Below are positions 17,991 through 27,948 of a DNA stretch of 55,708 nucleotides, one piece after another. Under the pieces are notes generated by a model. It did not search any database and had not been told where the DNA came from. It saw only the letters and a program-made list of their open reading frames with translations. Each line of letters starts with the position of its first letter. The stretch's first letter is position 1. The stretch comes from Polyangiaceae bacterium. Lineage in GTDB: Bacteria; Myxococcota_A; Polyangia; Polyangiales; Polyangiaceae. Both the position numbers and the translations under genes were made by a program. The DNA lies in assembly GCA_035063585.1 (NCBI GenBank), contig JAPSGB010000030.1, positions 1 through 55,708 of the forward strand, given 5' to 3'.

Positions 17991-20900
17991 GTGTGGGTTC
18001 TCCCGGCGGATGACGGCAGCGCGCTCGGCGCGGCCTCGGGGGCAAGTAGCTTCTTGGTCAGCCAGCGCACCAGTCGATTGTGCGAGAGCGAATCCATGTA
18101 GGTGTAGACGACGGGGATCACGACCAGCGTGAGCAGCGTCGAGGTGAGCAGCCCTCCGATCACGCACACCGCCATCGGCGCCCGCGCCTCGCCGCCTTCG
18201 CCGAGCGCGAGCGCGACGGGCAGCATGCCGAAGATCATCGCCGCGGTGGTCATCACGATCGGACGCAAACGGGTGATCCCGGCCGTCACCAGCGCCTCGG
18301 TGAGCGCCTCACCGCGCGCGCGCAGCTGGTTGGCGAAATCCACGAGCAAGATCGCGTTCTTGGTCACGAGCCCCATCAGCATGATGACCCCGATCATCGA
18401 GAAGATGTTGAGCGTCATCCCCGTCAGGTAGAGCGCGCCGAACGCACCGACCACGCTGAGCGGCAAGCTCAGCATGATCGTCACCGGCTGGAGGAAGCTG
18501 TCGAACTGGGCCGCGAGAATCATGTAGACGAGCACGATGGCGAGCACGAGCGCGAGCGCCATGTAGCCGAAGGACTCGCCCATGATGTCGGCCATGCCGG
18601 CGTAGTCCGTGGTCATGTTCGCGGGCACCACCCGAGCTGCCAGCTCGTCGACCTTCTTCTTGGCCTCACCGAGCGGGAGCCCTTGGGTGTTCGCGAGCAC
18701 GGTGATCTGACGCTGCCGCGCCTGTCGCTCGATCTGGCTCGGCCCCTCACCTCGACCGATGTGAACCACGCTCGCGAGGTCGACCAGCTGCCCTCCGACC
18801 GAGCGGACCTGGAGGTTCGAGAGCTGCTCCATGTCGTCTCGTAGATGAGCCGGCATCTGCAAGGTCACGTCCCACACGTCCGTCCCTTGTTTCAGCTCGC
18901 TGACCGGATCCCCGGCCATGTAGGCGCGGATCGCCATCGCGATCGACGCCACCGGGACCCCGAGATCGGCAGCGCGGTCGCGGGCCACCTCGATCTCGAC
19001 CTCCGGCTTGCCGCCGCGATAGGTGGTGTCCACGTCGACCAGGCCCGGCACTTTGGCGAGCTCCTCCTTGAGCTGGTCGGTGACCCGCACGAGCTCCGCG
19101 AGATCCGGCCCACGCACGTTGAACTGGATCGCCTGCTGCCGGAACCCGGAGTCGCCTCCGACTGCGCTGATCGGGACGACGCTGATCTGCGCGTCTTTCA
19201 CGCCGTCGAGCCGGGTGCGAACCCAGCCCATCAGATCTTCCTGGCTGTACGAGCGCTCCTTGCCAGGCGTCATCACCACCTGGATCTGCCCCTGGTTGAT
19301 CTGCCCCTGCGCGCCTCCGCCGATGGTGGTGAAGGTGTGGAGCACGCCGGGCGCGTGGTTCCTCAGATCGGTCGAGACGGCCCCTACGATCTTCTTGGTC
19401 GCGTCGAGCGACGTGCCGGTGGGGAGCTCGACGTTGACGTTGAACTGCGCGCGGTCCTCGGGCGGCATGAACTCTGCCTTGACGTGCGCGACCACCACGA
19501 ACGACGCCACCAGCGCCGCGACCGCGGCGGCCACCGTGACGAGCCGGTGACGGAGCGCCGCGCGGAGCAGGCGGCCGTAGCCGGCGTCGACCCACCCGAG
19601 CGCGTGCTCGATGCCGCGAAAGAGGAGGTTCGGGCGCTTGGTCGTGTGCGATGGCAGAAGGAACCTGGAGGAGAGCATCGGTACCAGCGTGAACGACACC
19701 AGCATGCTGATGGCGACCGCCACGCTGACGGTGATCCCGAACTGGAAGAAGAACCGCCCGATGATGCCCTTCATGAACGCCACCGGCACGAACACCGCCA
19801 AGATCGAAGAGGTGGTCGCGAGCACCGCCAGGAAGATCTCCCGGGTGCCCACCTCCGCGGCCAGCTGGCTCGCCTTGCCGGTCTCGAGGTGACGATGAAT
19901 GTTCTCGATGACCACGATCGCGTCGTCGATCAGGATGCCGATCGACAGGGAGAGCGCGAGCATGGACATGTTGTTGAAGGTGAACCCGAACAAGTCCATG
20001 AACGCGAAGGTCGCGACCACGCTGGTAGGCAGGGCGACCGCGCTGATGATGGTGGCGCGGATGTCGTGCAAGAAGAGCAGGATGATGAGCACGGCGAGAA
20101 ACGCGCCGAACACCAGGTCGAACTGGACGTCCGCGATCGAGTGCTCGATGTAGACGCTGTTGTCGCTCGGGACGGTGATCTTCACCCCGGACCTTCCGAC
20201 TCGCTCCTCGAGTTTGGCGAGCGCCTCGCGGACCCGCTCGGCCACCGCCACGGTGTTGCCGCCGGACTGCTTGCGCACCACGAGCGAGATGGCCGACTCC
20301 CCGTCGAAGAACGACGCCGAGCGCTCCTCGGCGACCGTGTCCTCGACGGTCGCGACGTCGCGGATTCGGATCAGGGTTCCGGACGGGTTCGGGACGGTGA
20401 TGTTCGCGATCTCGCGCGCGCTCTTCACCTCCCCTTTCGTCTTCACCATGAGCTCGCGGGAGCCCTGCTCGAAGTGACCGCCCGGGAGGTCGAGGTTCTG
20501 GGCGCGGAGCGCGTTCTCCACGTCCGAGACGGCGAGCCCCATCCCGGCGAGCTTGGCCGGGTCGACCAGCACCTTGATTTCCCGCGGGCGGCTGCCCACG
20601 AGGTCGACGCCGCCGACGCCGGGGATGCGCTCGATATCGCGCTTCACCACCTTGTCGGCGATGTACGAGAGCTCCTTCGGCCCGACCTTGCCGGACAAGG
20701 CGACCGCCATGATGGGCGCGGCGCCGACGTCGAATTTCTGGATGACCGGCGGATCGATCTGCTCGGGGAGGTCCTTCTGGATCCGCGCCACGCGATCTCG
20801 AATGTCGGTCACCGCTTGGTCGGCGTTCACGTCGAGGTCGAACTGGACGACGACCTGGGTGACGCTCTCGAGGTTCACCGAGCGCAGCACCTTGATGCCG

Positions 20901-21124
20901 CTCAGAGTGTTGATCTGCTCCTCGATGGGATCGGCGACCTTGCTCTCCATCGTCTCCGGATCCGCGCCCGGATAGACGACGGTGACGGTCACCACCGGAA
21001 ACTCGACGTCCGGGAACAGGTCGACGCCGATGCGCGGGTAGCTGACGATCCCGAAGACCACCAGCGCCGCGATCATCATGACGGCGAAGACCGGCCGCCG
21101 GATCGAGACCTGAGCGAGGTTCAT
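17987..21124 (-). CDS. RND efflux transporter permease subunit (AcrB/SwrC-like)
   Basis: SIRRPVFA start; [36 protein letters not shown]; about 1045 aa. Confidence 0.96.
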   Translation of the reverse strand: MNLAQVSIRRPVFAVMMIAALVVFGIVSYPRIGVDLFPDVEFPVVTVTVVYPGADPETMESKVADPIEEQINTLSGIKVLRSVNLESVTQVVVQFDLDVNADQAVTDIRDRVARIQKDLPEQIDPPVIQKFDVGAAPIMAVALSGKVGPKELSYIADKVVKRDIERIPGVGGVDLVGSRPREIKVLVDPAKLAGMGLAVSDVENALRAQNLDLPGGHFEQGSRELMVKTKGEVKSAREIANITVPNPSGTLIRIRDVATVEDTVAEERSASFFDGESAISLVVRKQSGGNTVAVAERVREALAKLEERVGRSGVKITVPSDNSVYIEHSIADVQFDLVFGAFLAVLIILLFLHDIRATIISAVALPTSVVATFAFMDLFGFTFNNMSMLALSLSIGILIDDAIVVIENIHRHLETGKASQLAAEVGTREIFLAVLATTSSILAVFVPVAFMKGIIGRFFFQFGITVSVAVAISMLVSFTLVPMLSSRFLLPSHTTKRPNLLFRGIEHALGWVDAGYGRLLRAALRHRLVTVAAAVAALVASFVVVAHVKAEFMPPEDRAQFNVNVELPTGTSLDATKKIVGAVSTDLRNHAPGVLHTFTTIGGGAQGQINQGQIQVVMTPGKERSYSQEDLMGWVRTRLDGVKDAQISVVPISAVGGDSGFRQQAIQFNVRGPDLAELVRVTDQLKEELAKVPGLVDVDTTYRGGKPEVEIEVARDRAADLGVPVASIAMAIRAYMAGDPVSELKQGTDVWDVTLQMPAHLRDDMEQLSNLQVRSVGGQLVDLASVVHIGRGEGPSQIERQARQRQITVLANTQGLPLGEAKKKVDELAARVVPANMTTDYAGMADIMGESFGYMALALVLAIVLVYMILAAQFDSFLQPVTIMLSLPLSVVGAFGALYLTGMTLNIFSMIGVIMLMGLVTKNAILLVDFANQLRARGEALTEALVTAGITRLRPIVMTTAAMIFGMLPVALALGEGGEARAPMAVCVIGGLLTSTLLTLVVIPVVYTYMDSLSHNRLVRWLTKKLLAPEAAPSALPSSAGRTHT

Positions 21125-22074
21125 GGGCGCTTCGCCTCTTTGGCGGGGGCCGAGGCGGACGCGGGCGGCGCCGCCGCGGCGGCGGGGAGCTCGTAGCTCA
21201 CCTCGGCGAGCATGCCGGGCTTGAGCGTGCGCTCCCGGTTGGGCACGCTGCACACGATCTCTACGGTACGCGTCCGAGGATCGACCGCCGGGTTCACCCG
21301 CTTGATGGTGACCGTCCGGTCCTCGCCGGTGGCAGGCAGGTGCATCTTGACGGAGTCCCCCGCCTTGATGCCCTGGAGCGAGCGCTCGGGCAGGCGCGCG
21401 CGGAGCTCGAGCGAGTCGAGATCCTGAACCACCACGATGACGGTGGGCGGCATCATGCTCGCCGTCTCGCCCTCGCTCCGCAGCTTGGCGGTGATGACGC
21501 CGTCGATCGGCGAGCGGACGGCAGCGTCGGCCGCGTTTCGACCCGCCATCGAGAGGGCGGCTTTCGCCTGATCGAGGTTCGCCTGCGCGGCGTCGTGGTG
21601 CGCCTTCACCTGATCGAAGGTCGCCGGAGGGACCGAGCCGCGGTCGAAGAGCTCCTTCGTGCGCTTATACTCGAGCTCGGCCGCGTCGAGGCCAACCTTG
21701 GCCGCCGCCACCGCCGCCTTCGCCTGTCGCGCGGCGATCTGCGCCTGCGCCGAGTCCATCCGGAAGAGGAGCTGGCCCTTCTTCACCGTGTCGCCCTCGT
21801 CCACCACGATCTTCGCGATGACGCCACCGAACTTCGGCCCGAGTTCGGCGCGGTGCTCCGCGACCAGCGAGCCCGTGCCGGAGAAGTGACGATCGCCGGC
21901 CGCCGAGTCGTCGTCCGCGCCCTCCGCGCTCGCGGAGGCGAGCGAGGGGATCTCCGGCGGCGGCGTCCCCGAGCCGCTCGGTGGCGGCAGGCTGCTTCCG
22001 CTTTTTCCGGAATTGCAGCCGAAGCTGAAGAGGGAAAGGGCGACTATCCATGCGAGTCGTGACTGCTCGCTCAT
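21121..22074 (-). CDS. efflux RND transporter periplasmic adaptor (MFP), lipoprotein
   Basis: Lipobox SFGC; GVIAKIVVDEGDTVKKGQLL, VRSPIDGVI, VDPRTRT, LKPGM. Confidence 0.93.
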   Translation of the reverse strand: MSEQSRLAWIVALSLFSFGCNSGKSGSSLPPPSGSGTPPPEIPSLASASAEGADDDSAAGDRHFSGTGSLVAEHRAELGPKFGGVIAKIVVDEGDTVKKGQLLFRMDSAQAQIAARQAKAAVAAAKVGLDAAELEYKRTKELFDRGSVPPATFDQVKAHHDAAQANLDQAKAALSMAGRNAADAAVRSPIDGVITAKLRSEGETASMMPPTVIVVVQDLDSLELRARLPERSLQGIKAGDSVKMHLPATGEDRTVTIKRVNPAVDPRTRTVEIVCSVPNRERTLKPGMLAEVSYELPAAAAAPPASASAPAKEAKRP

Positions 22075-22709
22075 CGTGGTCGTGCTCCGTCGAAGAAGAG
22101 AGAGAAGATCTCGTCGGCGCGCCCGGGGAGATCCCCCTGACGCCCTTGGTCTAGCCAGCGATAGATGAAGGAATTGGCGATCCCGACCAGCGCCATGGCG
22201 AGCGCCTCGGGATCGAGCTCGGCGCGCAGGCGCTCCGCCTCCTGCGCCTCCCCGATGATGGCGGCCAAGGTCGCCACGTGCGCGTGGTAGGCGGCCCCTG
22301 CCGGGGCGCAGCAGAGCCGCAGGTCGGGATCGCCGCTGAACCCGACCTGCGTGTAGAGCGCGAACATCGCGCCGCGCTCCTCGATGAAGCGGAGTGCCGC
22401 TCCGAGCACCTGCCGGAGCCGCTCGACGGGATCGGGGAGCCCCGCGCACCCTGCCACCGCCTGCTCGAGGTGGGTCCGCCCTCGCTCGATGATCGAGGCG
22501 AAGATGAGCTCCTTGCTCGCGAAATAGTTGTAGAGCGTGCCGACCGAGACCCCGGACTCGGCGGCGACGTCGGCGATCTTGGTCTCGTGGTAGCCGTCGC
22601 GCAGGAACACCCGCTCGGCCGCCTCGAGGATGGCCTCGTGATAGGCGACCCGGGCGTACCTCTGGAACGCCTTGCGGAGCGTGGGCGAGCGAGCCGGACG
22701 GCGAGACAT
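22071..22709 (-). CDS. TetR/AcrR family transcriptional regulator
   Basis: ILEAAERVF...GYHETKIADVAAESGVSVGTLYNYFASKE HTH; heads the efflux operon. Confidence 0.94.
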   Translation of the reverse strand: MSRRPARSPTLRKAFQRYARVAYHEAILEAAERVFLRDGYHETKIADVAAESGVSVGTLYNYFASKELIFASIIERGRTHLEQAVAGCAGLPDPVERLRQVLGAALRFIEERGAMFALYTQVGFSGDPDLRLCCAPAGAAYHAHVATLAAIIGEAQEAERLRAELDPEALAMALVGIANSFIYRWLDQGRQGDLPGRADEIFSLFFDGARPR

Positions 22710-22724
22710 GAGGAAGACCAAGGC

Positions 22725-22838
22725 GTGAGCGAGCACTCACCGAATGCGCTCATGCGGAGGCCGCCCGAGCCGGGTAGCGCCCACAAGCACGACAAATGCA
22801 GCATTGAATGTGCGCTCAGAATTCTGAACGGCGATTCG
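22725..22838. promoter_or_regulatory. putative TetR operator sites
   Basis: TGA-N8-TCA-like sites at 22726-22739, 22805-22818 and 22825-22838; perfect palindrome TCAGAATTCTGA at 22816-22827. Confidence 0.45.
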
Positions 22839-22955
22839 TTAGTACCGCGATCGGCGGATGTCAACGAGCAAGCGAGCGCCCGCCCGCGCTTTTCGAGCCG
22901 CCCGTGACCGACGTCAAGGGGCCGGGCGCTCCCGCGCCCGGTAGGCTCGCTACCC

Positions 22956-24329
22956 ATGACCGACATCGCCGCCGTGCTCGAGGCCGACCGCCGCCACCTG
23001 TGGCACCCCTACACCCCGATGGACGAGTGGCGCGAGCGCCACGCGCCGCTGGTCGTCACCGGCGCGCGAGGCCCGTGGCTCACCCTCGCCGACGGCTCAC
23101 GGCTCATCGACGGCAACGGCTCGTGGTGGGTCGCGACGCTCGGGCACAACCACCCGCGGCTCGTCGACGCGCTCATCCGGCAGGCGCGGGAGTTCTGCCA
23201 CGTCTCGCTCGCCGGGGTGACCCACGCGCCGGCGGCGCTGCTCGCCCGGGAGCTAGCGGCGGTGGCGCCGGGCGAGCTCGACCAGGTCTTCTTCTCGGAC
23301 GACGGTTCGACCGCCATCGAAGCGGCGGTGAAGATGAGCGTGCAGTTTCACGCGCAGACGGGCAGGCCGAGAAAGAGCCGCTTCCTCGCGCTCGAGGGCG
23401 CGTTCCACGGCGAGACGGTCGGCGCGACGAGCCTCGGCGGGGTCGAGGTCTTTCGCAGACCGTTCGCGGGCGTGGTGTTCGACGTGGTCCACGTGCCCGT
23501 GCCGGCCGGCGTCCCCGACCAGGCCGCCGCCTTCGACGCGGTGGCGCGCATCGTGGAGCGCGAGCACGAGTCGATCGCCGCGCTGGTGGTCGAGCCCATC
23601 CTGCAGGGCGCCGCCGGGATGCGCCTCTACGAGCCGCGCTTCCTCGCCGAGCTTCGCGAGCTGACGCGCGCGCGCGAGGTCCTCCTCATCGCCGACGAGG
23701 TGTTCACCGGCTACGGTCGGCTCGGCGCGATGTGGGCCTCGGAGCTCGCCGGCGTGGTCCCCGATCTGCTCTGCGTCGCCAAGGGGTTCACCGCCGGACA
23801 CCTGCCGATGGCGGCGACCATCACCAGCCAGCGGGTGCTCGACGCCTTCAGCGGCGGGCGCGAGCGAGCGTTCCTCTACGGTCACTCCTACGCGGGGAAC
23901 CCGCTCGGCGCCGCGGTCGCGCGCGAGGTGCTCGCGGTGTACCGCGACGAGCGCGTGCTCGAGGGTATTTTGCCCCGGGCCGCGCGCATCGCCGCCGCGT
24001 TCGCGCGCCTGCGCGACGATCCGGTGACGAGCCGCCTGGTCCGCTCCTCGCGCGCGCTCGGCATGATGGGCGCCGCCGATCTTCGTGACGACCCGCGCCT
24101 CCGAACGCGCGGCGTGGTCCCCACGGTCGAGACCACCGACGAGCTCGGCGGCTACACCGCGGGCGTCGGCTGGCGCGTCTACGAGGAGGCGCGCCGCCGG
24201 GGCGCCTACCTCCGCCCGCTCGGGAACGTCGTCTACGTCTGCCCGCCGCTCAACATCCCCGAGGACGCGCTCGCTCGCTTGCTCGACATCGTCGAGGAGA
24301 GCGTGCGACAGGTGGCCTCCGCGCTCTGA
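22956..24329 (+). CDS. bioA: adenosylmethionine-8-amino-7-oxononanoate aminotransferase
   Basis: LWHPYT, SWWV..LGH, FSDDGSTAIEAAVKM, FHGET, LIADEVFTG, AKG, GHSYAGNP, LRPLGN. Confidence 0.92.
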   Translation: MTDIAAVLEADRRHLWHPYTPMDEWRERHAPLVVTGARGPWLTLADGSRLIDGNGSWWVATLGHNHPRLVDALIRQAREFCHVSLAGVTHAPAALLARELAAVAPGELDQVFFSDDGSTAIEAAVKMSVQFHAQTGRPRKSRFLALEGAFHGETVGATSLGGVEVFRRPFAGVVFDVVHVPVPAGVPDQAAAFDAVARIVEREHESIAALVVEPILQGAAGMRLYEPRFLAELRELTRAREVLLIADEVFTGYGRLGAMWASELAGVVPDLLCVAKGFTAGHLPMAATITSQRVLDAFSGGRERAFLYGHSYAGNPLGAAVAREVLAVYRDERVLEGILPRAARIAAAFARLRDDPVTSRLVRSSRALGMMGAADLRDDPRLRTRGVVPTVETTDELGGYTAGVGWRVYEEARRRGAYLRPLGNVVYVCPPLNIPEDALARLLDIVEESVRQVASAL

Positions 24330-24408
24330 AGGGCGACCCGCGGCGGGCCGCGCCGCCGGCCGCGTCGAACCGACCGCTCCCGGACCTCGGGGCGCCCGCG
24401 GGCGAGGC

Positions 24409-25581
24409 TCAGTTCTTTCGCTCGTGCTCGCGCGTGAAGTTCTTGTCGCGCCCCTGGTTCGGCTGCCAGGTCAGGTGATCCGCGGGCTTTCCCTGGCGAT
24501 CCTTCAGCTGCTGCTCGCCGAGCTTTCGCGCGCGGTCGAAGTCCGCCGGCTGCCGCGCCTTCGCCTGCTCGACGGTGAGGCCAGCGATCCGCTCGACGCG
24601 CTCGAAGTCCCAGCCGCGCTTCACCTGACGCGGCGCGCGCGGGTCGGTCGGTTTTCCATCGGGCTCCGCGCAGCAGCGGAAGCTCAGGTAGTAGTAGTAG
24701 AAGCCTTCGTCGTGCGTGTAGATGCGCGGCCGGCACTGGTTTCGCACCCCGAGGTACCAGGGCCCGCCGATGGTGACGTTGTCGTACTTGTCCTCGAAGC
24801 CGGAGAAGTGCTCGTTCGAGGCGACCTCATCGGCGTTGCCCGGCATGTCCGCGACGCCGTAGTCGCTCACGCACTCGGGCTGCGTGCCGCTCGGCACCCC
24901 GAGCCAGAGCCGCTCGAGCTCCGCGGAGTCGCGCCGCGCGACCTTGGTCATCTTCGGAAAATCGTACTGATGATCACCGTTACACTTGGTCGCGTCACGC
25001 TCGTAGCCGTAAGGATACGGCTTCATCTCGGGGCCCTCGCAGGCGAGCGTCCACTCGCTCTCGGTGCACATGCGCTTGCCCAAGGCCGCGCACTTCACCT
25101 GCGCTTGGTAGAAGTTGTTCATCACCTCGGGGCGCGCGTGCTCGATGTTCGGGTACTCGTAGGTGTCGATGCAGTAGCGCTTGCGCTCCTTCTCCCCGAC
25201 GCAGCGCGACGGCGCAGAGAAATTCTCGCACACCTTCTTCTTGTTGACGTCGTCCCACCAGCTCTTGGTGCAGGTCTGCTCGACCTTCGTGCAGTAGTCT
25301 CCGTCGATGAGCTTCATGCCTTCGGGGCAGGCGCTCGGTCCCTCCGCCTGCGCGCTGGCGTCGGGCGCGGCGCTCGCGTCGGCGAGGGCGGCGTCCCCGG
25401 GCGAGGCGTCCGCCCCGCCGGCGTCGGGCTCGACGCTCGCGTCGCTCGCCCGGGACGGCGCTGCCGGCCCCTCGAGAGGAGCGGGAGGCCGGGGCGGCGC
25501 GGCCGGCGGCTCGGACGAGACCGCGGCTTGGCACGCCACGAACCCCACCACCACGACCGGACCGATGAACAGGGAGCGCAT
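24409..25581 (-). CDS. SUMF1/FGE-sulfatase domain lipoprotein
   Basis: Lipobox FVAC; CPEGM, YCIDTYEYPN, KRMCTESEW..AC, GVADMPGN..E, SFRCC. Confidence 0.85.
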   Translation of the reverse strand: MRSLFIGPVVVVGFVACQAAVSSEPPAAPPRPPAPLEGPAAPSRASDASVEPDAGGADASPGDAALADASAAPDASAQAEGPSACPEGMKLIDGDYCTKVEQTCTKSWWDDVNKKKVCENFSAPSRCVGEKERKRYCIDTYEYPNIEHARPEVMNNFYQAQVKCAALGKRMCTESEWTLACEGPEMKPYPYGYERDATKCNGDHQYDFPKMTKVARRDSAELERLWLGVPSGTQPECVSDYGVADMPGNADEVASNEHFSGFEDKYDNVTIGGPWYLGVRNQCRPRIYTHDEGFYYYYLSFRCCAEPDGKPTDPRAPRQVKRGWDFERVERIAGLTVEQAKARQPADFDRARKLGEQQLKDRQGKPADHLTWQPNQGRDKNFTREHERKN

Positions 25582-25661
25582 GGCGTCTCGCTAGATCACT
25601 CGGCGGAGAACCGCCAGCGGGAAGTCGCCGCCGCGCGCCCGGCGAGCGCCGCGCGGGCTCG

Positions 25662-27719
25662 TCAGCGCTTCACCGGATGCTTGAGCGCGTAGTCGACGAC
25701 GGACTTGAAGCGCTCGAGCCGCTGGGCGCCCGAGACGAAGTAGCCGTTGATGACGAAGGCGGGTGTCCCGCTGATCTGCGCGGCGCGCGCGGCGGCCTCG
25801 TCGGCCGAGATGACGTCCTCGTGAGCAGCCTCGTCGAGGGCGCGCTCGAACCGCCGCCGGTCGAGGCCGAGCTTCGCCGCGTACCCGAGGAGCGCGTCGC
25901 GCTCGAGCCCGCCCGGCGCTGCCTGGTTCTCGAACAAGAGATCATGCATCTTCCAGAAGCCGGCCGAGCCCTTCTGCGCGTAGGCCTCCAGGGCGGCCTC
26001 GGCCGCGAGGCGCGCGTCCCGATGAAAGCCGAGCGGGAGGTTTCGCCACACGATGCGGACGCGGCCAGGGTAGGCCTGCTCGAGGTCCTTCATGGTCTTT
26101 ATCGCGCGCGCGCAGAACGGACACTGAAAATCTGCCCACATCTGCACCACGATGGGGGCGCTCGCGGGGCCCCGCGACGGGTTCTTCGCGGTCGGCGCGG
26201 CGACCACGCGCTGCTCGGGCCCGGGTGGGTCCTTCGCGTCGCGCATCAGGCGCGTGTAGACGTCCGCGGGGCGCACGCCCGAGGCGACCAGCGCGTTCGC
26301 TTCGGCGAGCGCCTCGTCGATGCGCTCCGCGAACTTCTCGAGCGACTGCGCCCCGACCAGACGCCGACCGTTGATGAAGAAATGCGGGGTGCCGCTCGCC
26401 TTGAAGTCTAGGGCGAGCTGCACGTCCGCGTCGATGATGGCCTTGTGGGTCTTCTTGGCGAGCGCGCGCTCCACGCGCGGAACGCTCAAGCCAAGCTGCC
26501 CCGCGATGGCCAGGAGCTGGTCGTCCTCGAGGCCGGAGGGCGCTCCGTAGATGGCCTCGACCGCCTTGAAGAAACCCGCATCGCCCTTCTGGGCGCGCGC
26601 CTCGACCGCGACCAGCGCCGCCGGGAGCGCGCGCGAGTGGAACGGCAAGGGGTCGTGCTTCCACACGATGCGGAGCTTCCCGGCGTAGCGTCGCATGAGC
26701 TCCGCCAAGGTGGGCTGCACGCGCTTGCAGAAGGGACACTCGAGATCGGAAAACTCCACGATGGTGACGAGCGCGCTGGCCGGCCCCTGCACCGGTGAGC
26801 TCCCGACCGGGATCTTCCAGACCGTGGTGTCGCGCGCGTCCGGGTCATCGACGCGCGCCGCCGCGACGCCCGGAGCCGGCGGCGCCGACGGAGCGGGCGG
26901 TCGGTAGTTCACCACGACCCGGTCCGGGTAGCTCCGCGCCGGCTCGGCACCCGCCGCACGCGCCTGGTTCACCGCGGCGAGCTCCGCGTCGATGATCTCG
27001 ACGAACCGCTCGAGCGGCTGAGCGCCGCTCAGCTCGACGCCGTTGATACGGAAGTTCGGGGTGCCGGTCGCACCGATACGGGCCGCGAGCCCCATGTCCG
27101 CCTGGATCTTGTCGCGCGTGCGAGCGGCGGCGACCGTGCGGCGGAACTGCCCGACGTCGACTCTCAGCCGGCGCGCGACGTCTTCGTACAATGCGTCGGA
27201 GAGCGCGCGCTGGTTTCTGAAGAGCTCGCCGGTGAACGCGAAGAACGCCTCGGAGCCCGCCAGCTCGAAGATCGCCTGCGAGGCGAGCGCGGCCGGCATG
27301 GCGCCCCGATGAAAAGGGAGCGGGTTGTGCTTGAAGACGACCCGCAGCCGCTCGGGCCCGTAGCGCCGCTCGAGCGCCTCGATGGTCGGCTGCGCACGCG
27401 CGCAGAACGGGCACTCTAGATCCTGGAACTCTACGATGGTGACGGGCGCGAGCGCGCTCCCCCAGACGGCGTCGTCCGGGCCGATCGGGATCGCGTCGGA
27501 GGTGGGCTGCCGGAGCCCTATGCCGCCGGGCGCCGAAGCGGCAGGCCCTGGCCACGCGTCCGCCGCGACGGCCGGTCCGCCCGGCTCCGGCGCGGTGGTG
27601 TCGAGCGCGGAGCCGCCCGGTGACGAAGCGGGCGGAGCCTGAGCCGGTGAAGGCGCGCGCGCGGCGCACGCGACCAGCGCGAGGGAGGTGAGGAGGGCGC
27701 GGAGCGCACGGCGAAGCAT
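25662..27719 (-). CDS. lipoprotein with three tandem DsbA-like thioredoxin domains
   Basis: Lipobox LVAC; three CPFC active sites, each with a later GTPxFxING cis-Pro loop. Confidence 0.92.
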   Translation of the reverse strand: MLRRALRALLTSLALVACAARAPSPAQAPPASSPGGSALDTTAPEPGGPAVAADAWPGPAASAPGGIGLRQPTSDAIPIGPDDAVWGSALAPVTIVEFQDLECPFCARAQPTIEALERRYGPERLRVVFKHNPLPFHRGAMPAALASQAIFELAGSEAFFAFTGELFRNQRALSDALYEDVARRLRVDVGQFRRTVAAARTRDKIQADMGLAARIGATGTPNFRINGVELSGAQPLERFVEIIDAELAAVNQARAAGAEPARSYPDRVVVNYRPPAPSAPPAPGVAAARVDDPDARDTTVWKIPVGSSPVQGPASALVTIVEFSDLECPFCKRVQPTLAELMRRYAGKLRIVWKHDPLPFHSRALPAALVAVEARAQKGDAGFFKAVEAIYGAPSGLEDDQLLAIAGQLGLSVPRVERALAKKTHKAIIDADVQLALDFKASGTPHFFINGRRLVGAQSLEKFAERIDEALAEANALVASGVRPADVYTRLMRDAKDPPGPEQRVVAAPTAKNPSRGPASAPIVVQMWADFQCPFCARAIKTMKDLEQAYPGRVRIVWRNLPLGFHRDARLAAEAALEAYAQKGSAGFWKMHDLLFENQAAPGGLERDALLGYAAKLGLDRRRFERALDEAAHEDVISADEAAARAAQISGTPAFVINGYFVSGAQRLERFKSVVDYALKHPVKR

Positions 27720-27877
27720 GGCCGACCCATACTACCGGTCCGGCGCGCTTGCACCGGGCCGGCGCCGCGCGGACCGGTCAGCGCGGCGCGCCGAGCGAAG
27801 CGGGGCTCGGCCGCCTGGCCGAAGGGCGCGTCGCTCGCTCGCCGGGCGGGGGCTCGCCGAGCGAGCGCGCGACGAAA

Positions 27878-27901
27878 CGCGCGGTTCCGCGCCGAACCGA
27901 C
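27878..27901. repeat. dispersed intergenic palindromic repeat (copy identical to 49177-49200)
   Basis: CGCGCGGTTCCGCGCCGAACCGAC is identical at 27878-27901 and 49177-49200; core inverted repeat CGGTTC-N6-GAACCG; degenerate copies at 537-569 and 24360-24382. Confidence 0.7.
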
Positions 27902-27948
27902 ATCCCCTCACCTTGGCGAGTCTTCAGTAATCGGGGACACTCGGGGCG

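Noticed and set aside
507..21196. Many long ORFs opposite or overlapping real genes (for example 507..1973 -, 5481..6596 -, 6597..7745 -, 15888..17513 +, 18845..21196 +)
   Set aside because: Shadow frames expected in very GC-rich coding DNA; Arg/Ala/Pro-rich, no motifs, fully overlapping well-supported genes
27688..27930. Short ORF upstream of hxsB as a precursor peptide
   Set aside because: No His-Xaa-Ser repeats or leader-like features; Arg-rich junk composition; overlaps the dsbA start and promoter region
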